Shown here: in pieces, positions 25,495-32,741 of the stretch
Layout of the letters: the number at the start of each line of letters is the position of its first letter
Position numbering within the stretch: position 1 is the stretch's first letter
Source: Cytophagales bacterium
GTDB taxonomy: Bacteria > Bacteroidota > Bacteroidia > Cytophagales > Cyclobacteriaceae
NCBI GenBank assembly: GCA_038251495.1
Contig: JBBSBG010000001.1
Span: 1 to 33,533 of the forward strand
Reading direction: 5' to 3'
DNA length: 33,533 nucleotides
Position numbers and translations under genes: made by a program
Notes under the pieces: generated by a model
Database searches by the model: none
Seen by the model: the letters and a program-made list of their open reading frames with translations, nothing else
What the model was told of the DNA's origin: nothing

Positions 25495-26765
25495 AAAATC
25501 GCATTTTGTGGACGCTGTTTTTTAGTACTCTTGCCGCATTTTCTTTTGGACAGAATAAGGCCAGTTATTACCTCACTGCCGATCGCGTTTTTGATGGCGA
25601 AGCCATACATGAAGGCTGGGCTGTGGTTGTTGAGTATGATAAGATAATTGCCGCGGGGCCAAAAGATAAAGTGAAAGAGCCAAGCGGAGCTACTAAAATT
25701 AATTTTCCAAACTCTACCCTTACGCCCGGCCTTATTGAAGGTCATTCGCACCTGCTATTATATCCCTATAACATCACCGATTGGGACACGCAGGTTTTAA
25801 AAGAAACTGATTCGTATAGAACTGCTCGTGCCACCGTGCATGCCAAGAATACATTGATGGCTGGCTTTACTTCCGCACGTGATATGGGTACTGAAGGCGC
25901 TGGCTATTCGGATGTGGCCTTGAAGCGCGCGATTAATGAAGGTATAATTCCTGGCCCGCGGTTAATGGTTGCGGGAAGAGCTATTGTTTCAACCGGATCT
26001 TATGGACCAAAGGGTTATGATTACGATCAAGAAATTATGCTTGGCGCAGAACCTGCCGATGGTAATGACTTAGTGCGCGTGGTGCGAGATCAAATTGGTA
26101 AGGGTGCTGACTTTATAAAAATTTATGCCGACTATCGTTGGGGCATTAATGGTGAAGATCAACCTTCCTTTACGTTGGATGAATTAAAATTGATAAACGA
26201 AGTAACAAGAAGCAGTGGTCGGGTAATGGTTTGCCATGCCAAATCGAAAGAAGCAATTAAGCGTGCCGTTCTAGCAGGCGCAGAAACTATTGAACATGGC
26301 GATTTCTTAGATTTGGAAATAGGTAAGTTGATGAAAGAACACAATGTGACCTATTTCCCAACCATTGCGGCCGTTGATATGATTACGCAATATCGTGGCT
26401 GGAAAAAGGGTACTGCACCCGATCCAGCCAATGTGGTAAACAAAAAGAAGAGCTTTAAAGATGCGATGGCTTCTGGCGTGGCTATTGGTATGGGTGGCGA
26501 TGTAGGTGTGTATCCGCATGGCGAAAATGTATTGGAGATGGAATTGATGGTAGAGTACGGAATGAAAACGTTTGACGTGTTAAAAGCCGCAACCAGCGTA
26601 AACGCGCGTGCATTTCATCTTGATAACCAGGTTGGCTTTGTGAAGGAAGGATTAAAGGCCGATTTGGTTATAGTAACTGGAGATCCTTCAAAAAACATTT
26701 CAGATTTACGAAAAGTGAAGTTTGTTATGAAGGATGGTGTGATAGTGAGGAATGAAAAAAATTAA
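25491..26765 (+). CDS. Secreted metal-dependent amidohydrolase (Xaa-Pro dipeptidase/carboxypeptidase-like subgroup)
   Basis: Signal peptide, PGLIEGHSHL, AGFTSARD, GPRL, IKIYA, CHA, IEHG and GGDVG. Confidence 0.9.
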   Translation: MKNRILWTLFFSTLAAFSFGQNKASYYLTADRVFDGEAIHEGWAVVVEYDKIIAAGPKDKVKEPSGATKINFPNSTLTPGLIEGHSHLLLYPYNITDWDTQVLKETDSYRTARATVHAKNTLMAGFTSARDMGTEGAGYSDVALKRAINEGIIPGPRLMVAGRAIVSTGSYGPKGYDYDQEIMLGAEPADGNDLVRVVRDQIGKGADFIKIYADYRWGINGEDQPSFTLDELKLINEVTRSSGRVMVCHAKSKEAIKRAVLAGAETIEHGDFLDLEIGKLMKEHNVTYFPTIAAVDMITQYRGWKKGTAPDPANVVNKKKSFKDAMASGVAIGMGGDVGVYPHGENVLEMELMVEYGMKTFDVLKAATSVNARAFHLDNQVGFVKEGLKADLVIVTGDPSKNISDLRKVKFVMKDGVIVRNEKN

Positions 26766-27022
26766 CGATAGGGCGAATAACGTGAAATGATGACAATAGT
26801 AGCATCATTTACTAAATAAACTGATCGATGTTCCTGGTCGATCCTTCTACTCCATGAGCCCTTAAATTGATACTTTAATGGTTCCGGTTTGCCAATGCCA
26901 TCAAAAGGATTTCGTAAAATGTCTTTGATTAAATCGCCAATGCGAAGAGCTGTTTTCCGATCCGTTTGTATCCAATCCTGATACTCCTTAAAAGCCTTTG
27001 GAACAAACTCTATGTTTCTCAC
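26762..27022 (-). CDS. Txe/YoeB-family toxin, probably inactivated
   Basis: PFDGIGKPEPLK and WSRRIDQEHR. The C-terminus RYSPYR lacks the conserved His. GTG start. Confidence 0.85.
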   Translation of the reverse strand: MRNIEFVPKAFKEYQDWIQTDRKTALRIGDLIKDILRNPFDGIGKPEPLKYQFKGSWSRRIDQEHRSVYLVNDATIVIISRYSPYR

Positions 27023-27242
27023 AATAACTCCTCTGCTTTTAAGCTGATTGTCTCTTTTTTGCTATTATAGGTCTCTATGCGCTCTTGCAATTCGGAAGCA
27101 TTGCGGGATTAGTTAAGATATATTCTGTAGCATCTGCCGACTGAATCGTAATATCTACAGTTTTATGAGGAAACATTTTTTTTATTCCTTCAATTACTTC
27201 CTGTGTTAGCTCGTCCGTATTTATTCGTATCGTAGTTTCCAT
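27019..27242 (-). pseudogene. Frameshifted cognate antitoxin of the YoeB-like toxin
   Basis: ATG 27242 gives METTIRINTDELTQEVIEGIKKMFPHKTVDITIQSADATEYILTNPA, then the frame shifts at about 27101. The alternate frame continues ASELQERIETYNSKKETISLKAEELL* with TGA overlapping the toxin GTG. The span is 224 bp, one base short of a multiple of three. Confidence 0.8.
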
Positions 27243-27351
27243 AAAATATGATAATCAAAGATAACCGTATAAATTCTTATTTCCTTCACCTTTTGAAGAC
27301 AAAAAAATAAGGCTAACTTCGAATTATTGCAAAGACATTAAAATCAAGTCT

Positions 27352-28215
27352 ATGAATCGTAAACAAGCCTTAAAATCAATTGCGGCTAGCGCTGCCGGTG
27401 TGGTGGCCTTGCCCGAAATGGTAAAAGCTATGAACTCATTACCCGACAATCTTAAAAACAATATCAACCACTCCGTATGTCAATGGTGCTATGGTTCTAT
27501 TCCACTTGAAGACCTTGCCAAAGCAGCGAAAGAAATTGGATTGAAATCTATTGAACTACTTGGCCCCGACAAATGGGATGTTGTTATAAAGCATGGGCTT
27601 ACTTGCGCCATGGCTTATGGATCTGATCTTGGATTAAATAAAGGTTTCAATGATCCGTCATTACATGAAAAGTTTCTAAAGGATTTCACTACTAATATTC
27701 CAAAAGCGGCCGATGCCGGCTTAAAAAGTGTAATCTGCTTTAGCGGCAATGCAAATGGTCTTAGCTCAGAAAAAGGATTAGAGAATTGTGCCAAAGGATT
27801 AGAGCCTGTAGTAAAAATTGCTCAGAAGTATAACATCACCATGCAAATGGAATTGTTAAATAGCAAGGTTGACCATAAAGATTATCAGTGCGATCACACT
27901 GAATGGGGTGTGCAACTTTGTGAGAAACTTGGTTCCCCAAATTTCAAATTGCTATATGATATCTATCACATGCAGATTATGGAAGGTGACGTAATTGCTA
28001 CCATCCGCAAGCATCAAAAATACATTGGTCACTATCATACCGGTGGCGTGCCTGGTCGTAACGAAATTGATGAGACACAAGAGCTTTACTACCCAGCCAT
28101 TATGCAAGCTATTGTGGATACAGGCTTTAAAGGATTTGTTGCGCAAGAATTTATTCCAAAACGTCCTGATAAATTGGCTTCGTTGAAACAAGGGGTGGGG
28201 ATTTGTGATGTATAA
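27352..28215 (+). CDS. Hydroxypyruvate isomerase-family TIM barrel with a Tat-like leader
   Basis: NHSVCQWC, MELLNSKVDHKDY, LLYDIYHMQIMEGD, HTGGVPGRNE and QEFIP. Confidence 0.9.
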   Translation: MNRKQALKSIAASAAGVVALPEMVKAMNSLPDNLKNNINHSVCQWCYGSIPLEDLAKAAKEIGLKSIELLGPDKWDVVIKHGLTCAMAYGSDLGLNKGFNDPSLHEKFLKDFTTNIPKAADAGLKSVICFSGNANGLSSEKGLENCAKGLEPVVKIAQKYNITMQMELLNSKVDHKDYQCDHTEWGVQLCEKLGSPNFKLLYDIYHMQIMEGDVIATIRKHQKYIGHYHTGGVPGRNEIDETQELYYPAIMQAIVDTGFKGFVAQEFIPKRPDKLASLKQGVGICDV

Positions 28216-28292
28216 TCTCTGAGCGATAAAGAGTTATCTCAGATTCGCGAGATGAAATTCTTAGACCAACTCGTCTAACGTCATACAATCAA

Positions 28293-29177
28293 TTATACCT
28301 CAACATGCTCAACTGGTCTGGGAAGTTTCCAGCGTTTGTGGCTCCACAACCAATATTGTGGTTTTAGGATAATATCATTCTCTAGTAAATGATTGATTCG
28401 TTCGGTGATTTCGCCATAGCCAGTTGCCTGCGGAGTTTCAATTGCATCAGTAAACTCAAATTCATAGTGACCTCTTTTTACTTTATTGATTCGGCCTGAT
28501 AAGACTGGGTAGTTGTATTCCTTGGCATATTTCTCCGTACCAAAAATCATAGCCGTATCCTGATTCAAAAAATTTGCCCAATAGCAATTTCGATGGCTTC
28601 CCGGGAACTGATCAATCCCAAAAATGATTACCCGCAAGCTATCAGTCTTTTCAAATTCTTGCTTGGTTGCTTTGGTCGAAATCATTTTCAACCCATACTT
28701 TCCGCGCGAGGAACGCATCTTTTCATCAAAGTAAAGATTGCTGAGTGGCTTATAGATAGCCACAGCCTGATGTTTTATTGCAGCATCAATGGCTACCGCA
28801 AAAAGCTCCCAATTGTTATAGTGCCCACCAGCCAGAATTACACTTTGATTCTTGGTAAAAAAGCGATCAATGTACTCGGGGTTTACAATCTTCATCCGCT
28901 GATGAATCTGTTTTTCTGAAATTGTAAAAACTTTGATGCTCTCTACAATCAAATCACACAGGTGTTCATAAAAAGCTCCTGCAATCTGTAGTCGCTCGGC
29001 CTCTGATCTTTCAGGAAAGGAATTATTAATATTTTTAACCACGACTGCCTTCCTATAGCCAACTATCCTAAACAGCAGCACATACAATCCATCCGAAAGT
29101 ACATACAATACCGGATACGGCAAATAGGAAATGGGAATGAGAATTCCGTAATAGAAAAGCACATTAAAAAAATTCAT
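28293..29177 (-). CDS. LpxL/HtrB-family lipid acyltransferase
   Basis: GHYNNWE (HxxxxE), YKPLSN, DQFP, FLNQDT and PQYWLWSHKRWK. Start taken as ATG 29177. Confidence 0.92.
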   Translation of the reverse strand: MNFFNVLFYYGILIPISYLPYPVLYVLSDGLYVLLFRIVGYRKAVVVKNINNSFPERSEAERLQIAGAFYEHLCDLIVESIKVFTISEKQIHQRMKIVNPEYIDRFFTKNQSVILAGGHYNNWELFAVAIDAAIKHQAVAIYKPLSNLYFDEKMRSSRGKYGLKMISTKATKQEFEKTDSLRVIIFGIDQFPGSHRNCYWANFLNQDTAMIFGTEKYAKEYNYPVLSGRINKVKRGHYEFEFTDAIETPQATGYGEITERINHLLENDIILKPQYWLWSHKRWKLPRPVEHVEV

Positions 29178-29404
29178 AGACAGATTGGTGAGCAAAGGTG
29201 CAAAAAATCATTGGCACCTCTGATCTATCTATACTCAAATAATCTTATGGTTTAAATTCTAGTTGCTTAGCCGAACCCTTGCATCGTAAGCCCGAATGAT
29301 GTTAAGACGCTAGCAAAAATTGATAGATTGATTCGCTAATTCGATTGAAACTGATTGCAGGTATCGCAGCTCATCTTAAAGCAATGAACTCAAAATTTTT
29401 AAAA

Positions 29405-29431
29405 CACTAAGAACACAACGCAGCACTAAGG
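29405..29431. repeat. Short degenerate CACTAAG/CACAACG tandem repeat
   Basis: CACTAAG AA CACAACG CAG CACTAAG right after the phosphorylase stop. Confidence 0.5.
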
Positions 29432-29438
29432 CTTACAT

Positions 29439-30254
29439 TTAAAGTTTTGAAATCAGCTCAACGTAAAGATCGGTGAGCTTGGCTTCTGCTTTTCCAGCGA
29501 TCGCAATAATTTCACTGATCACAGCGGGTTTTAACTTATCCGGATCACAATCATCAGTCAGTACTGAAATGGCACAACAAGGAAGCCTCATGTGATTAGC
29601 CACTAATACTTCAGGCACCGTGCTCATGCCCACCACATCGGCACCAATTTGATGAAGGAACCGATATTCAGCGCGAGTTTCCAGATTAGGACCCATTACC
29701 GCAGCATATACTCCCTTATGAAGTTTGATTTTTTTGTCCTTCGCTATTTTGATCAGCCGATCATTTAGTTTTTTTGAATACGGCTGGCTCATATCCGGAA
29801 AGCGCGGCCCTAGTACTTCAAAATTTTCGCCACGCAATGGATTGTCCGGTTGCAAATTAATATGATCATCAATTAACATCAAGTCTCCTTTCTTCCACTT
29901 TAAATTCATATTACCCGCGGCATTCGAGATAAGCAGTTGCTTTACACCCAGCATCTTCATCACGCGCACAGGCAACGTAATTTGTTGCATGGTGTAGCCT
30001 TCGTAATAATGAAAGCGTCCTTGCATAGCTAGCACCTTCTTGCCTTTTATCTCTCCATAAATAAGTTTGCCTTTATGAAACTCAACCGTAGAAACCGGAA
30101 AGAATGGAATGAAATTATAGTTAATGATAATCGGGTTTTTTATTTTCTCAACAAATCGATTGCCTAAGCCTGTGCCCAGAATAACACCCACTTCTGGTGC
30201 AGCAACACCATGTTTCTTTAAATATTCAGTTGCCTCTTTTATTTCGTGTATCAT
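29439..30254 (-). CDS. Purine nucleoside phosphorylase (trimeric NP-I type, Asp variant)
   Basis: ILGTGLG, MQGRFHYYEG, SNAAG, DHIN, GPRFPDMS, GPNLETRAE, VGMSTVPE and VLTDDCD. Start taken as ATG 30254. Confidence 0.93.
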   Translation of the reverse strand: MIHEIKEATEYLKKHGVAAPEVGVILGTGLGNRFVEKIKNPIIINYNFIPFFPVSTVEFHKGKLIYGEIKGKKVLAMQGRFHYYEGYTMQQITLPVRVMKMLGVKQLLISNAAGNMNLKWKKGDLMLIDDHINLQPDNPLRGENFEVLGPRFPDMSQPYSKKLNDRLIKIAKDKKIKLHKGVYAAVMGPNLETRAEYRFLHQIGADVVGMSTVPEVLVANHMRLPCCAISVLTDDCDPDKLKPAVISEIIAIAGKAEAKLTDLYVELISKL

Positions 30255-30278
30255 AATTGAAATTACATAGTTTTTTTT

Positions 30279-30341
30279 GCTACAAAGGCACAACGACACA
30301 ACGACACAAGGTTATTTATTAATTCTTGGTGTCTTCGTGGC
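30279..30341. repeat. 8-bp period ACAA(A/C)G(G/A)C repeat with an inverted arm
   Basis: ACAAAGGC ACAACGAC ACAACGAC ACAAGG ... CTTGGTGTCTTCGTGGC. Confidence 0.7.
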
Positions 30342-30344
30342 TAT

Positions 30345-31106
30345 TTACTTATAAACATCCTCTTTAGATGTGGATGCTACCTGCACAAAAAATTGCGCCA
30401 CTTTTGTTGTAACTGCTTTAAAAAATCTTTCGCCCTTCTCAGCAGTTGCTTGTCGCGGATCACCAACACCTGTATCAGCAGTTACTTGCGTCCATTTGCG
30501 TTCGGCCCAAGCCCATCCTTCTTGTATCGCGGTGAACTGAAACCTCTTTGCTTTTCCATCGCCTGCTTCGGTTAAGGGTCTAACAAAATTAGGGCGCAAG
30601 TATAAAATCAAACTGGTCTCCATCTCACCGGCATGATCATCTTTGTTAACAAAAAAATCTTTCTGATCCATGGCTTTAAACCAATCGCACGAGCACAAAA
30701 ACATGTTTGGAAATTTCAAACCTAATTCCCGAATCATAGTTTTAAAATCGTTGCCGCCATGACTATTTAAAATAATTAATTTATGAATTCCCTGTCGGTC
30801 CAATACTTCAATTACATCGCGCAGAATAGCGAACTGAGTAGACGGGTTCATGTTGATATCCAACAGCACATCAGACTGACCGGTGTTTACGCCAAACGGA
30901 ATAGCAGGCAATACAATTACTTTTGCATTCTGCTCCCACGCCAGTCGCGCGGCCTCGGCACCAATCTCTTCCGACTCTATTATATCCGTACCGTAAGGCA
31001 AGTGATAGTTATGCGCTTCGCAAGCACCCCAGGGTAAAATGGCAACCTCGAAAGATGATTCTTTAATTGTCTTCCAATTGTTTTCGGCAAGAATATATGA
31101 ACGCAT
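30345..31106 (-). CDS. Creatininase-family amidohydrolase
   Basis: LPWGACEAHNYHLPYGTD, NSHGGN, HAGEMETS and GVGDPRQATAEKG. Confidence 0.93.
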   Translation of the reverse strand: MRSYILAENNWKTIKESSFEVAILPWGACEAHNYHLPYGTDIIESEEIGAEAARLAWEQNAKVIVLPAIPFGVNTGQSDVLLDINMNPSTQFAILRDVIEVLDRQGIHKLIILNSHGGNDFKTMIRELGLKFPNMFLCSCDWFKAMDQKDFFVNKDDHAGEMETSLILYLRPNFVRPLTEAGDGKAKRFQFTAIQEGWAWAERKWTQVTADTGVGDPRQATAEKGERFFKAVTTKVAQFFVQVASTSKEDVYK

Positions 31107-31159
31107 GTCTGCAATTTAAATTCAAAAAATTGGAATAGTATGTTATTTGGGTGCTTTTT

Positions 31160-32215
31160 CTAAGCGGTAGCTCCCTGACAACTCGATCCTGCGCCTGCCG
31201 TGCAGGCAAAACAATGCTGACTGATAATTACTTCACGATTTTCCAACGCATCAATATTAAACGTGCTAATGTGTTGTCCTGTTTTTTCCTCCAGCTTCAA
31301 ACCAAGCATTTGATTAAAGTCGCAGTCATACATAAATCCTTGCCAGTCGATTGAGATTGTATTGCGACACATAACTCCAGCAACAGCCGCGGGATTGAAT
31401 GCATTTATTAGCTTCTCCATGTACTCATCATAATTTCCTGACTCAATAAGGAAATCTAGAAACCTGCTTATTGGAATGTTTGTGATTGTAAGTAAGCTGT
31501 TGAAGTCAATTCCAAAATGTTCTTTGAGTTCTTTCTTAAAGTCGCGTTCCAATTGTTTTTGGTCTCCTGGTAAGAATGCTCCAACAGGATTATATACTAA
31601 ATCTAAAATCAAATTGGAATCTGGTTTTCCATAACCTACTTTATTCAGCATTTGCAACCCGGCAATAGAATCTTTGAATACACCTTCTCCACGTTGCCGA
31701 TCCGTTTTGCCGGCACTATAAAATGGAAGTGAAGAACAAATACGAACATTATTTTCTCTGAAAAATTCAGGCAAGTCGTGATACTTCGGATTGGCCGTAA
31801 TGATGGTGAGATTAGAACGAATAATTATTTCTACCACGCCTAATCGGTGCGCTTCACTTACAAACCATCGAAAGTCTGGATTCATTTCAGGTGCACCGCC
31901 AGTAATGTCTAACGTCTTTATGCCAGATTGCTTCAACACAGCAAGGCATTGTTGCATGGTTTCCTTTGTCATGATTTCCGTTCGATCGGGTCCTGCATCT
32001 ACATGACAATGTTTGCAAACCTGATTGCACATGTAGCCAATATTCACCTGAAAGATTTCAAGTTTAGTAGGCCTAAGTGGAAAAAATCCAATTGGTTCAA
32101 TCTTTTGTTTGAATGTGGGCAACGTTCCGTCAGCAAAAATTCCACTCTCAAGAATTTCAACCTGACTCTTTTGGTTTGCTAATTGATGCTGCCGCGCATG
32201 TAAGGATTTGATCAT
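31160..32215 (-). CDS. arsS: Arsenosugar-biosynthesis-type radical SAM protein (ArsS-like, DUF3641 C-terminus)
   Basis: QVNIGYMCNQVCKHCHVDAGP (CxxxCxxC), DITGGAPE, DRQRGEGVF, LVYNP, YDCDFNQML and HCFACTAGAGSSCQGA. Confidence 0.88.
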   Translation of the reverse strand: MIKSLHARQHQLANQKSQVEILESGIFADGTLPTFKQKIEPIGFFPLRPTKLEIFQVNIGYMCNQVCKHCHVDAGPDRTEIMTKETMQQCLAVLKQSGIKTLDITGGAPEMNPDFRWFVSEAHRLGVVEIIIRSNLTIITANPKYHDLPEFFRENNVRICSSLPFYSAGKTDRQRGEGVFKDSIAGLQMLNKVGYGKPDSNLILDLVYNPVGAFLPGDQKQLERDFKKELKEHFGIDFNSLLTITNIPISRFLDFLIESGNYDEYMEKLINAFNPAAVAGVMCRNTISIDWQGFMYDCDFNQMLGLKLEEKTGQHISTFNIDALENREVIISQHCFACTAGAGSSCQGATA

Positions 32216-32302
32216 TATTTCATTCAGGGTTTAAATTTCAATATTTAAAATTGCTATAGCGTTTCTCGTTATTGAATATTAAATCAGAAATTTTGAATTC
32301 AA

Positions 32303-32638
32303 TTACATAGAAAGTTTCTTTGCCTTATTCATCATCATTACGCCATGCACTAAAGTAGCACCGCTACGTATTGCAGCCGCTACGTGAATGGCTTCCATCA
32401 TTCCCTTCTCCGTTGCTCCTTTTTCAAGTGAATCCTGCGTGTAAGCATCAATGCAATAAGGGCATTGAACGGTGTGTGCAACGGCCAATGCAATCAACGA
32501 TTTTTCACGCGCTGTAAGGTCGCCCTCTTTAAAAACATCACCATAATAATCAAAAAATTTTGTAGCCAGATTGCTTTCCCACTCACTGATGTTTCCAAAT
32601 TTTTTAAGATCGGCTGGATTGTAGTATGTCTGTTCCAT
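32303..32638 (-). CDS. AhpD/CMD-family peroxidase-like protein typically associated with ArsS
   Basis: LTAREKSLIALAVAHTVQCPYCIDAY and EAIHVAAAIRSGATLVHG, directly upstream of arsS. Confidence 0.88.
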   Translation of the reverse strand: MEQTYYNPADLKKFGNISEWESNLATKFFDYYGDVFKEGDLTAREKSLIALAVAHTVQCPYCIDAYTQDSLEKGATEKGMMEAIHVAAAIRSGATLVHGVMMMNKAKKLSM

Positions 32639-32741
32639 AATATTGGTTTATTTTTCGAAGATAAATAATATCTAATATGCATTTTGCCTATCACAAGACA
32701 AACAGTGCATTTAGTTACGAACTTGATCCGGTTGGTGGATT

